Shown: positions 13,330 through 26,160 of the stretch, piece by piece
Position numbering within the stretch: position 1 is the first letter of the stretch
Layout: every line of letters starts with the position of its first letter
Origin: Octopus vulgaris
Taxonomy: Eukaryota
Direction: 5' to 3'
Length of the DNA: 64,000 nt
Assembly (NCBI GenBank): GCA_951406725.2
Contig: OX597837.1
Span: 10,230,001 to 10,294,000, forward strand
Position numbers and translations under genes: made by a program
Notes under the pieces: generated by a model
Database searches by the model: none
The model's input: only the letters and a program-made list of their open reading frames with translations
Told to the model about the DNA's origin: nothing

Positions 13330-13800
13330 TCTCCCCAACCACATGATTCCGGGTTCAGTCCCACTGTGTGGTACCTTGGGCAAGTATCTTCCTCTATAAC
13401 CCCGGGCCGACCAAAGGCTTGTGCGTGGATTTCGTTTGCAGAAACTAAAGGAAACTAGTGTGTGTGCATGCGTGTTGGTGTTTAGGTGGCCATAACTTAG
13501 ACGTTCAGCAAAAAGAGAATGATACAATATGTACCAGGCTTGGCGTAACTTCGGTATAAGTACCGGATACATTTCAAGAAATGGTTTTTTTATATATATG
13601 GGGGGTTAGGGTTTGTGTTAGGGGTGGGAGAAAAGGGTTTCTCTTAACTTCAGAAATGTAAACAAAGTCACGTGTGTACCTATACCGAAGGATCGCCCCA
13701 GGCTCAATTTTTTTTTTTTAAATTAATACTGGGGTTGAATCAGTTGACTAAAATCCTTTTCAAGGCGAATTGCCCCAGCACGGCCGCACTCTACTGAATA
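13330..13800 (+). mobile_element. SINE family B interrupted by a MITE
   Basis: SINE B head at 13330-13541; the sequence resumes after 13698 (ggggttgaat...gccccagcacggccgca). Confidence 0.8.
13542..13697 (+). mobile_element. GG-ended MITE with 8-bp TSD (Merlin-like)
   Basis: TIRs ggcgtaacttcggtataagtac / gtacctataccgaaggatcgcc; flanks ccaggctt / ccaggctc; second copy inverted at 56502-56674. Confidence 0.85.
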
Positions 13801-14124
13801 GATGAATGATATGAAAGCAGGGGACAAAAACGAAGGACCTAAATACTGCCACCCGTCGAAGTACACACCCTCAGTTTTTTTGTATGTTAAACTCTAGATG
13901 GAAAGGGGTCAAGCGCAGAGAAAAGTGGGTGCGGAGAGCAGTTAAAGACAGGGAGACATTTAAAAAAAAAAAAGGGGCGGTGTGAGAGAAAGATAACGAG
14001 AAATATTCATGAATTTATCAAGTGAAAATATTTTGGTGATTACAAGGGATTGGTCGTCGTTGCTATTACTGCTACTACTACACTAAGCTACCCCAACCCT
14101 ACCCCTAAACAGGTGCTTTGTGTA

Positions 14125-14442
14125 AAAGAAGAAAATTGGCATTCCGTCAGTTACGAAAGCGGCTGTTGATTCGATCAACGGAACAGCCTGCTCGCGAAAC
14201 TAACGCGCAGGTGGCTGAGTACACCACAGGTACGCGTGCCCTTAATGTAGTTGTCAAGGAGGTGCAGCATGACAGAGAATGTAACAAGGCTGGCCCTTTG
14301 AAATACAGGTACAAATCATTTTTGCCAGTTGGGTGGACTGGAGCAACTTGAAATAAAGTGTCTTGTTCAAGGACGAAGCTCGCCGCTAGGAATCGAACTC
14401 ATGACACCCGAATACCGTAACTCTTAAGTCACGCGCCCTCGT
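14125..14442 (-). mobile_element. SINE family E (tRNA head plus ccttgaacaagacactttatttca core)
   Basis: Minus-strand head with gagttcgattcc B-box; related pieces at ~29900-30110(-), 9130-9250(-), 32100-32320(+). Confidence 0.75.
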
Positions 14443-16149
14443 TAATGTTCAATATACATATATTTCAATGGACCTAGGGCTGGGATCGGTGAACCGGGGT
14501 TAATGAAATTCTTGGGGGTAACGAGGACTCATTGGACATAAGATTTTAAAAAACGTATTCCTTGTTATCTAGGATTTTATTCCTTTCGAATCAAAGGAGT
14601 AAAAAATATATTTCAGCGTAAACAAATATATTTTGGGGCAATTGGTTGAAAAAGTTCCCCAGTCCCTGGACTAGAGAAATTGTCTAACCCTAAACCCAGG
14701 GTGTGCGTATTCTTTACCTTCGCCGTGACTAAGCTGACCTCGACATGATTTTAACTCAAGTGGCCCAGAGTCACAAATGTAATGTAGGGGGAAAAAAAAA
14801 TGCATTAAAACAAAAAATATAAATCTTTTAAATAATCAAACTTGGCTGGGATTTGAACTTGGAACGTAAAGAAACAAAACAATGTAGTTAGCTTTTAGTG
14901 ACCAAGGTTAAGAAGAAAACGAACTAGCTATAGTAATAATAGTTTCAAAATTTGGTACAAGGGCCAGCCGCTTGGGGGCTGTGAAGGCCTAAGTCGACAA
15001 CCTCGACACAAGTGCACAACTAGTACTTGTTTTATCGACCCCAAAAGGACGAAAGGGGTAAAATTGACCTCGACGGGGAAGAGATGAGCCAATTAAATCA
15101 GCTTAAGTACTAGATTGGTACTTTATTTATCGATCCTGAGATGGGAAGGCAGAATCAAGCTCGGCAGGATTTGAGTTCAGATCTTAAAAATCAAAACAAC
15201 CATACCGAGGTACTTTTCAGGCAGCGTATTGAAATATCTGTCCTACAAAATCCCACACCTCATGGTGGACGTAGCAGATCCGGGTTAGGTTTTTTTGGGG
15301 TTTTTTTCTTTCCTCACCCCCAGCAATAATTAATAAATATTTTTGAGTTTCCAGCAACGGAAATTGCAGTTTTGAAATAATTTTCTCAAAAAACTTTTTT
15401 TTTTAATTTTCCTATTTTATTTTTTTTTTTAACGCATTTCTCTGGCATTTGTGCTACCCTTTCGTTTCCTACGAGGTCTGGGACTTCGAAGTAAAGTTAT
15501 TCCAAAGCTCCGCTGAAAGTTACTAATATGTTGGGCCGAAATAAAGTTTTAAATGTTTATAGATTTTCGTTTAACATACTTTTTAGTGGTAATAGCATAC
15601 AACAAACAACAGATCCATATTATATACATATATTTTAACTAACCCTAAATTCAGATTATATATATATACATACATACATACATACATACACACTAACGTA
15701 TCTACGTAACTAGTACACCAGGAGAAACTCTACATGATCTTTTCGAATATTTCTAAATAATTAAAAATCAACAAAGAAAATAAAATAGAATCGTTAGATG
15801 AAAAAGAAAATTTTAAAAGTTAAAAAAAAAACATTAAGAAAACAAAATATTAAAAAATCTATAAAATGAAAAAATTAAAATTAAATTAAAAAATTGAAAC
15901 AAACGTAAAAAAATATACTGAATTTGTTGGTACTGTCGAAAAATATTTTGCCACCGATAATAAGTGTTGAAGCGATATATACATATATTTATATATGTGT
16001 ATATATGTATATATATTTTCTCTCTCTCTCTTTCCTTCTCGCCGTTTCTTCGTCTCTTTTCTCTCTCTCTACCATTTTTTCCTCTTCTTTTTAAATAAAT
16101 TTCCTCTTCTACGTCTCTCTCTCTCTCTTTGTCTCTCCGTTGAGGCTTG

Positions 16150-16340
16150 ATTCGAAAGCGAAGACGAACCCCAAACTTTAGTAGAAAAAAAATAAAATTC
16201 GTTGCTGTTGTTGAGAATGTTAAGCAGTGGACATATTTTATGTACCACTCAGTCGAAGGACCACAGCTTCAATGAAGACCTGGACGAGGTGACTGAACGT
16301 AGAGCGCATGCGCACCAGCACAAACGTACCTTTTTACTTT
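16150..16340 (-). promoter_or_regulatory. Candidate promoter island with an NRF1-type motif
   Basis: GCGCATGCGCA at 16304-16314 in unique sequence, with minus-strand TTCAGTC (Inr-like) at 16291-16297. Confidence 0.35.
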
Positions 16341-16355
16341 GAAAGTCCTATATGA

Positions 16356-16391
<36 letters not shown>

Positions 16392-16783
16392 CGTTTTTTT
16401 TTCTTCTTGTTTTGTTTTGGTTTTTTCCATATTTTTCTTTCATTTCTGTTTCTTCAACTGACCTGTTTCTACATTGTTGTATGTTTTATTGTCCCACTAC
16501 CACTACTGCTACATGTTCAGGTATTCATACACCTGTGCGTATGTGTATGTGTATGTGTGTGTGAGAGGAGGGGGGTGATATACGAGTCGATGTATATACG
16601 TATTTGTGTGTGTGTGTGTGCTATATATGAGTTGATGTGTGTGTGTGTGTGTGTGTACATGCAGATATATTTCTTTTCTCTGTGTTTGTGGTACACTAAC
16701 GTTAGTGTGTGTGTGCATATGTGTGTGTAAACTGAAACCAGTTTGTCTATATGAATAAAAGAACGAGTTTGTGTGTGTGTGTA

Positions 16784-16814
<31 letters not shown>

Positions 16815-17284
16815 GTGTGTGTGAGTGAGAAAGAGAGAGAGAGAGATTGAAGTTTGTATGTGTGTGTGAAATGAAACTCGTTTCTGATTGTTGTGCATCA
16901 AAATCTGTGTGTGTGTGTGTGTATGTGAAGTGTGTGAGAGAGTATGTATGTAGGAGTGTATGCGAGTGCGTAACTATAGTCGATAGAGATTGTGTGTGTG
17001 TGTGTGTGTATGTGTGTGTGTGTGTGTGTGAGTGAATGTATGCATGTGAATTGAAACTAGTTTCTCATTGTTGTGTGTCGAAATCTGCGTGTGTGTATGT
17101 GTGTGTGTTTGTGTGTGTGTGTGTGTATGAAACTGATTGGGTATGTAACTGTGTGAGTACGTTTAAATATACTCGTTCGTGTGTGTATGTGTATGTGTGT
17201 GTGTGTGTGTGTGTTTCCTAAAGAGTCCAAAAATCCATATTGTCCATCAACAGAAGGGAAGAGTGGGGGGGGAGCCTTACTTAC

Positions 17285-17386
17285 TTCAGAAGAGGATGAA
17301 GTGGTGCTCATGCCTTGATTTTGTGAAGTGATGAAAGTGAACTTAGGTGAAACTAGATAACAATACAAACAATACTGCTTCGTACC
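17285..17386 (-). CDS. Candidate exon, possibly carrying a start codon (MSTTSSSSE)
   Basis: Minus strand: long poly-T tract, gcacgaaccag|, 102 nt open in frame, ATG at 17311, GAA|gtaagt donor at 17284. Unique island between microsatellites. No protein family recognised. Confidence 0.4.
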
Positions 17387-17559
17387 CTGGTTCGTGCAAA
17401 AAAAAAAATAATAATAAAAAACTGTGTATCTGTGTACAAGCATATACATGTATATATATATATATGCATATATATAATATATAATCAAAAACATAAATTA
17501 TATATATATATTATATATACGAATATATTTATGTATTTATATATACACACGCACAAATA

Positions 17560-17703
17560 TATATATATACATATATACATACAAATATATGTGTGTCTAT
17601 ATATATATACAAATATGTGTGTCTATATATATCTATATATATACAAATATATATGTGTCTATATATATATACAAATATGTGTGTCTATATATATATACAA
17701 ATA

Positions 17704-17735
<32 letters not shown>

Positions 17736-17780
17736 CAAATATATATGTATGTATATATACACACACAAATATATATGTGT
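17560..17780. repeat. Minisatellite built from (TA)n: atatacaaatatgtgtgtctatat units
   Basis: Anchors acaaatat and gtgtctat recur about every 28-34 bp. Confidence 0.8.
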
Positions 17781-17783
17781 ATA

Positions 17784-17823
<40 letters not shown>

Positions 17824-19385
17824 AGTATATATAATTTCTCTTCTACACATAGGATACAAAAGTTACACATACAGAAAAATGCAAGGTTATGAATGTCACA
17901 AGAGAACTTAAAAAGAAGGAATGACAATTCTAATGAAAAATTAAGGCGACATTTTTGAAAAACAACATAACATAGAACAATAACACTGACAACAACAACG
18001 ACAAGAATAACAACAACAATAATAATAATAATAACAACAACAACAACAAGTAATGAATTGCTTGAATTAAGAAAGGCAAGAAATGGACAAAAAAAAAAAA
18101 AAAGGAAAATAAAATCTTCTAAAAGAGGAAATAGCGAATGGGTATTGAGAGTGATAATGATGCTGGCAAAGACAAGGGTGATGACGATGATGATGAGGAA
18201 GGAAGTGATGACAACGACGAAGAAAATGATAATGCTGAATCCCCAGATTACCCGTAACCCAGCAGATGATCTATGATTCTCAAGTGCGTCTCGACCGTGG
18301 CCATCCACTCTTAATGATAACGTTGTTTAATTAAACAACAACTGTAGCATCAATGACGGGAGTTGCTAAACAAGACATTAGGGTCCACTCCCTACCCCAT
18401 GAAAACGCATGAACCTCACTGAATCACATCTACCCTCGTTCACTCGATGTCTTAGTGAAGGCTTTATGCGTTGTGATTAAATAACTTAATGAAGATATTT
18501 ATGTTAAAGGGCGGTCTTCATTTATCAGATGCATGACCAAAGAGTTTCCTTCCGTGACCACCCTGACTTAATATAAGTCATATTGTGACCTATGAGTACA
18601 TACATTATCGCCTGCATGAGTGAACACATTTTCATGATGGGGTAAATTGTGTGCCGTGAGGGATATTTAGCTGCTATACCTGGCACATCGACCAGCCACA
18701 CAGAGTCACTGTTGACCCGCTCACTCCCAGTTGTCCCGCGGCTGCCGTGCATTTCGGAGGGGAGGGATATATTAAACCATTATAGCCAGGGCCCTAGAAT
18801 TAAATACATAGCAATGATTATAAATCAAGGGGACGTCACTCTAGCTATAGTAATCTGTTTCTTTGTTTATTTTTAAATAATTCTTTACGTGAGATCTTTT
18901 GTATTTAGACATACACAACACAAACCCATTTCTTTGATGCACGCACATGAAAAGATGTGTGTGTGTGTGTAATATATATAAAGCACCCACTACACTCTCG
19001 GAATGGCTGGCGATAGGAAGGGCATCCAGCTGTAGAAACTCTGCCAAACCAAGATTGGAGCCTGGTGCAACCATCTGGTTCTCCAGCCCTCAGTCAAAAT
19101 CGTCCAACTCATGCTAGCATGGAAAGCGGACGTTAAACGATGTGTGTGTGTGTGTGAGAGAGAGTATAAGTGATACTCTTCACCTCATGAAAAGGCATGA
19201 ACACCACTGAATCACATCTCCTACTCTCGTTTGCTCCATCTCTGTAAAAGTAAATGAAGTTATTTACACACATGCACACACAAAACCAATGTCCACAATT
19301 TTTAAGTTGTGCATACGTGTGTATATGTGTTTGTGTATTTATGTATCTATATATATGTGTGTGTGTGTGTGTATGTATGTGTATA

Positions 19386-19573
19386 GGGGGGAGTTTACGA
19401 AAAAAACAAAAGACGAAGACAGGTGGTGTAAAAAATAAACAGATGTATTAGTATAACGCTCAGGAATAGAAAAAGTTTTTTACGTTTCGAGCCTACGCTC
19501 TTCTACAGAAAGGGACACAAAAAAAACAAGGAGAGAAAAAAATGTGTGTAGTGGCTCACGATCTATCATGGCG
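19386..19573 (-). mobile_element. Family D (hammerhead-bearing, Penelope-like)
   Basis: gggagtttacgaaaaaaacaaaagacgaagacaggtgg...gtagtggctcacgatctatcatggcg; motif at 19476-19512; sits between microsatellites. Confidence 0.85.
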
Positions 19574-20517
19574 ATATATATGAGAGAGAGAGACGGAGAG
19601 AGTTTTCTATTACTTCTACCAATCTACCATTATCGGTTTAACGTCTACTTTACCGTATTCGCATGAGTCAGGTATAATGTTCTGCATGTGTATTTTCTAC
19701 GCCCGGGAGCCCTTCGTGTCACCAACCCTCACTTGTTTCCAAATGTAACAGATAAGATTTCCGCAAGGACTGACGACGCGGAAGATTGGAAATAAAAGAC
19801 ACCGCTCGCATAACGATGACACTTGTTTACCACTGTCACTCGATGTCAAGGTAAAGAACATAGATGATAACAGACACACGTGCGCGCACATACACACCAT
19901 AGGTTCCTTTCAGTTTCCGTCTGTCAAACCCACTGACAAAGGTACTGGTCAAACTGAGGCTACACTTCTCTAAAGAGGCTCGCAGTGGGCCGGAACCCAG
20001 AATCATGTGGTTGAGAAATATACACCTCACCAAATAGCCACGCCTGCGTATATGTATGCATGTATATATGAACGCAAATCTCTGTGTGGGAAGGAGATTA
20101 TAGCCTAACTCCTGGTATAAGATACCTGGTATCTTATTTAAACTCGGTGGAATTTGAACTCACAAACGGAATGAGACGGTATAGGTAGACAGGCAGACAT
20201 TTAAAGCATTTCGAAAGGCGTGCAACAGAGTAGAAATGTGAGGTGGATGGGTGAGGGGTGGGGGTGAATGAAAAAGAAAAAAAGAAAGAAAATAAGAGAA
20301 GGGAAAGAAAACGGGTATCGGTTTCGTTGATATATTAGAAGAGTGATTTAAAATAGTTTGAAATTCGTCGATGGTTTAAACACACATTTTATACGCATCT
20401 TATACACCCACACGAAGACGTACAAATACACGTTTCTATAAAACGAAACGAAACAAAGCAAAAAAAATAAATAAAACGAAGAAACAATGAACGCATGACT
20501 TGCGATTCGGGTTAAAT

Positions 20518-20560
<43 letters not shown>

Positions 20561-21122
20561 TGTGTGTGTACTGGTTCTTGTTATGGTGAAAGGAAAAAAC
20601 GGGTGTGGTAATAGAGGGTATATACAACAATACAGCAATACAGAGCGACCTGTGTATTGGAGACGAACCGACATGTCTGTAATGGCGTCACACAGCCTAT
20701 ACCGAGGGCAGAAAAATGGCGGCCGTACAACATGAGACAGTTCTGGTCAAACGATATCCGTGTTCCCGGAAATACACTGTATGTGTATGTGTGTTGGATG
20801 AACCAAAGCTGGTGAAAGTCTCTATGTGTACGTTCGACCTCTTGAAAAAAAATCCAGAAACCTCCCACAAATCACATCTTGGCCGTCTTTAAAATAAAGC
20901 AAGAAAAAAATTAATGGCTGAAATTTTATATCATGGCTCTTTTCAGTAGCGCTTGACCTGCTAGAAATAGCAACAAATTCTCTTCAAATCACACACATTT
21001 GTTTAAAATGTTAAGAATACAATGGTTGATGTTTATGTGTGCGTGTGCGGAACGGGATTCCACAGAGTTTCCGTCGACCAAATTCACTTATGTGGTAGTT
21101 AGTGGTTGACCAGGATCTACAA

Positions 21123-21395
21123 TCTTCTTCTTCTTACAGCATTCACCCAGGGTGGGTTGAGCTGGCTTCATTCATCCTCAATGCTGCATCTCTCACAAAC
21201 GCCGACCAGGCTTGGCGATTTGAGGCGTGATCTCCAACGACCGCGTGATCTCCAACCACTCCTTATTCCAGCGGCGAACGCTGTAGATATGGGGGCCTAG
21301 GTTGGGTTCCAGATCAGCTTTGACTGTCATCAGCCAGGTTTTTCGTTGTCCACCACATCGCTTTCGCCAACCCTGAAGGGGGCGCTGGGGCAGTT
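21123..21395 (-). mobile_element. RTE-clade LINE 3' fragment
   Basis: Translates GWRKRCGGQRKTWLMTVKADLEPNLGPHIYSVRRWNKEW, a typical RTE ORF C-terminus, and ends in an (AAG)n tail. Confidence 0.8.
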
Positions 21396-22786
21396 GCTTC
21401 GTAGATCTACAATAGAAGGCATTTGCCCAAGGTGCCGTGCAGTGGCACTGAATCCGAAACCAAGTGGTTATAAAAGCGATCCAAACCACATAGATATGCT
21501 TGCGCTTATGAAAATTTTAGTCGGATTTGGTTTCTATTTCTAGCAACTCCACCCTTCATTTACCTAAATTCGAAAACTGCTGCAATAATTAGTTATTTGA
21601 ACTCGGTTCACCAAGAAGAATTGAACCCAGTTCATTGCCAACTAGATTCAACATTTGACTGCACTACACGGTCAAACTCACGGAATTCATTAGGACAAAT
21701 GATAAAAGAAACACTACGAACTAATTAGACTTGCAACTTTTAGCTTGGCGAAAATTCTCACCCGAGGAGAAATAACACCGTTCCATTGTAGGGAAACTTG
21801 GTACTTTCAGTGAAGAAAACTGCTTTTAGATTGGAAAATTTTATATCATTGATCATTCATGATTCATACTGATTTCGAAGATGTTAATGGTAAATTAATA
21901 TACGATTGCTAATGTCACGTAATGGTATTGTATACAAGACCACTTTAATACGACGCTGATAAAGTAATGCAATAACGTTGCATGCAAGACTGATATAAAT
22001 TTGTTAGCGGTATATGATAGCGCTGTATTCTAATAAAATACTTTGATATAAAGCTGTCAACGTTATGCAACAGTGTTCTTCTACATCGATGTTGCATATT
22101 CCAGTATTAGGCGTTTAATGTGATGCAAACATAATGTATTGTACACAAAGTAACTCTGTTTTCTAATCCTATGTGTAGAATCAGGATATGGCTTAGACAA
22201 AAGAGAAGCAGACTCTTGCCTCAAAATCAATGAAAATATTAGGCTCGTCCCTCTCTTCTTATCTATGTACACACACAAAGCCACGCAAACACAAACGCAC
22301 ACACATTTATATATACACATATATAAATGTGAGTGTGTCCGTCCACTGCTTAACAACCAGTGTTTGTTCGTTTCTTTCCTCCTAACTTAGCGGCTCCGCA
22401 AAAAGAGACTGATGGAATAGGTACTAGGTTTAAACAGAATAACTACTGGAGTCGAGCTATTCAACTAATCATCATTTCATCATTGTTCGACCGTGGTCGA
22501 GACTTTTCAAATGGCTAATAATGTGTGCGCGCGCCACTACTACACACATTGGAAAGCATTGTACAACCAAGCACTAAAGAAGATCTTTCCTCCTCCATGA
22601 AACAAAGCTGTTCCCGCTGGACGTCAACCCAGTATTTCTAAGCTACGGACCGAGTGATTTATTGTAAGGTTATCTCCCTAGATAGATTGCCTTCACTACG
22701 GCTAAGGAGCCCTTTCTACCCTAAAAGGCGGTGCCCCAGCATGGCCACAGTCCAATGACTGCAACAAGTGAAAGGTGAAAGATGTA

Positions 22787-22995
22787 CTGGGTGGGGGTGC
22801 TAAAAAAATCCCTGGCTTTCGGGGCAAGAAAATACAGGAGGATCAGTTAATTATGATTTTATTGAACATATTCCCTTCTCAGATTCACACACATATTGCA
22901 GTGATCCTGTAAAAGAACACGGAAGGTTGGGGCCTCCAGCCAGGCTTTTTGCGACACACTTGAAATCAAGAACTTTTCAGCATACATAACCCTCG
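22787..22995 (-). mobile_element. Mariner-derived MITE
   Basis: Degenerate TIRs gggggtgctaaaaaaatccctggc / aagaacttttcagca..ccctcg; the minus strand retains CVNLRREYVQ*, resembling the mariner transposase C-terminus; homologous to 50814 and 60940-61362. Confidence 0.7.
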
Positions 22996-23144
22996 TGTGT
23001 GAGTGAATAAAAGAATACATACATTCATACATATATACGTGGTTTTGGGTCGTTTTGACTGGTCCTTCTAGCGGTGTAAGGCTGCCTGTTAAGGCTCACC
23101 CCTTTTGTCTTTAAATGTATACTAATCATATATATATATATATA

Positions 23145-23188
<44 letters not shown>

Positions 23189-23749
23189 CAGAAATGGTTC
23201 TTGAGGCACTGATAGGTTATGGCACACCACCACCGCTCCGCTGCCGCCACGTTGATGGGACAATCACCTGTGTCCCTTTCTTCCAAGATACCCATATCCA
23301 CTCAACCACAGTAAAAGAATATATGGTCACCAAGGCTTTGACAGAGCACGACACGCCACCATCGCCGCCGCCACCACTACCACCACCACCACCTTTTACG
23401 CAATCACACATATTTAACGCTCTCCCTCTCCCGCATTCCTCTCCTCCTCCTCCTACTACTACTCCTCCAACATTACCGATCTAAAGCTGGCGGGTGGTTC
23501 TTTTTCCCCCTCTCCTACCACCTACACATAACTCTAGCTTCGATGTTAGGTCTACCTGCCACTACCACTCCCAACTTTTTACATATGTGTGTCTACAAGG
23601 AAGGTCTCTATGAATGGTGAAGAAAAAAGGGGTGGGGGGGGGAGAAAAAAAACAAAAAAACAGATCGAATTCTTAACATAGTAACATAATATATATTTCC
23701 TTTTTATTATTCTCGCTTGAGTTTTCTGGAACGACGAGGCAGTGTTTTA

Positions 23750-23995
23750 TTACACACATATATATCATTACACACAATCTTTTATATAAATATACGTACA
23801 CATATATATACAGGTATACATATACACGCACACACACACATATATATATATATATATACACACACACATATATATACATATACACACACATATATATACA
23901 TTACACACATTCTTTTATATAAATATACGTACACATATATATACAGGTATACATATACACGCACACACACACACACGGTCTCTTTATATACACAC
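23750..23995. repeat. Local direct duplication within microsatellite
   Basis: attacacaca.tcttttatataaatatacgtacacatatatatacaggtatacatatacacgc occurs at ~23767 and ~23900. Confidence 0.85.
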
Positions 23996-24512
23996 ACACA
24001 CTAAGTGACGGGGACCTAAACACACACACATCGGTTGTCAACAATACACACATATACACATACACACACACACACACATATATACATACATACACAGGCA
24101 CTTTCATTTCCGTCTACCAAATCCACACACACACATATATATACATACACACACTTGCCCAAGATGCCACGCAGTGAGGACTGAACCCGCAACCGTGTGG
24201 TTGGTTAGCAAGCTACTTACCACACAGCCACTCCTGCGCCTATATATATATATATCGTTATGTACAATCCTATATGTTTTATTACATATAGTTTATGTAT
24301 AGATTTTTATTGCATATATCGCTGCATATGTTTTTTTTTATTATAAATATGATTCTATTTTACTCCATGTTGTTTTTTTTTTCAGAAAACAAATGTGTCT
24401 ATTTCACTCCCTCTCTTATAATACATGTGAGCGCGCGCATATACATACATATACACACACATGTTAAGACATTATACATGTACACACCCACGTATATATA
24501 TATATAAATATG

Positions 24513-24562
<50 letters not shown>

Positions 24563-24594
24563 AAATTTTCCCTGTAAGTTTGGAGCAATACTCC

Positions 24595-24650
<56 letters not shown>

Positions 24651-24651
<1 letters not shown>

Positions 24652-24898
24652 GAGGCGCAATGACCCAAATGGTTAAGGTAACGGACTCGCGGTCGTAGGA
24701 TCGCGGTTTCGATTCTCCCCAACATCGCTTGACAACCGATGCTGGCGTGTTTACGTCCCCGTAACTTAGCGGTTCGGCAAAAGGCACTGATAGAATAAGT
24801 ACTAGGCTTCCAAAGAATAAGTCCTGGGGTCGATTTGCTCGACTAAAGGCGGTGCTCCAGCATGACCACAGTCAAATGACCGAAACAAGTAAAAGAGT
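24651..24898 (+). mobile_element. Chimeric SINE: family F head fused to family B tail
   Basis: ggaggcgcaatg..ggtta..cggactcgcggtcgtaggatcgcggtttcgattc (like 37277-37540) joins directly to ccccaacatcgcttgacaaccgatgctgg (B tail). Confidence 0.75.
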
Positions 24899-25775
24899 AT
24901 TTCTATGAATAATTCAATATACGCCAATAAAGATAAGTTTAACGCATTAAATTAACGCGTAACTTCTTCATGAACGCCGGCACTGAATTTAGGATGTTTA
25001 TATTACTTATGAGGTATTCTATATTTTTCAGCTAGTGTAGTTGGGTCTCAAAGGGGTGGTATAAACCTAGCAATACATGTTTTATAGTGAAAACGAAATT
25101 TCCCCTTCAAATGGCAATCACCAAACAACTTCCTGTTCGAGTCTAACCGTTGTAAGTCACCTTGGAAACGCAACCCATGTCGCAAATAGGCTTACGAATG
25201 CTGTATAAATTTTATAATTGAAAAACTTATTATATTTTGTACATACGAGTATACCAGACTGCGGGTGCAATTACACCCCGAGGGCGGAGGTTTCCCTACC
25301 CCTGGTGTAGAACGTTAAGGATTATAAAAGCTTCGACTTCTGTAACGGACCGGTAACATCAGTATGGGGTTAGCGTAGGAGCCAAGCGGAGTTTTGCGCA
25401 TTACAAGTACTGAGGACGATGACTTCAGAATGAAGTTCGATGAAGTACGTATATGTCCCAGATGAAAAAAAAATGAGTCATGGGCGAAGAGTTGTTGACG
25501 ATTTCAGGAATTCAAGGGACAGCAGAGGAAGTAGATATGTTCTTTTCTACTCTAGGCACAAGACCCGAAATTTTAGGGGAAGGGCCAGTCGATTAGATCG
25601 ACCCCAGTACGCAACTATACTTAATTTATCGACTCTGAAAGGATGAAAGTCAAAGTCGACCCCGACGGAATAAGGAACTAGATATGTTCAAGGAAAATAG
25701 GGGAGTGGACGGACCCGAATTACATGGAGAACAGGAATGTACAATAAGGGCAGAATAAAGATTTTGGGTAATAAA

Positions 25776-26160
25776 TGGGCGCAGTCGTGGCCGTATGGTT
25801 AAGAGGCTCGTATTACAGCAAAGTGGTATCGGGTTCAGTCCCACTTCGTGACACCTTGGACAACTGTCTTCTACAATAACCCCGAGTCGAGGAATGCCTT
25901 GTAAGTGGATTTGGTAAACGGAAACTGTGATGAAACCCGTTGTATTTGCGCACGCGAGAATATCTGCGTATCCGTCCCGTCCAAACACACGGCTTGACAA
26001 CCGCGTTTGTTTTTACGCTCCAGTAACTGAGCAGTTCGGCAAACGAAACCGATAAAAACTTAAAAGCAACAGGTACTGGGGGCGATTTTCTTTACTCTAT
26101 TAAGACCCTTCAACGATGTGCCCCAGCATGGCCGTAGTCCAGTGACTGAAACAGGTAAAA
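25776..26160 (+). mobile_element. SINE family B, diverged full-length copy
   Basis: ggcgcagtcgtggccgtatggtt...gggttcagtcccac...ccccagcatggccgtagtccagtgactgaaacagg. Confidence 0.8.

Noticed and set aside
20713-20723. YY1-like AAAATGGCGGC (and AAGATGGCGGC at ~62104)
   Set aside because: Isolated motifs without other promoter evidence; the second lies in a trinucleotide tract.
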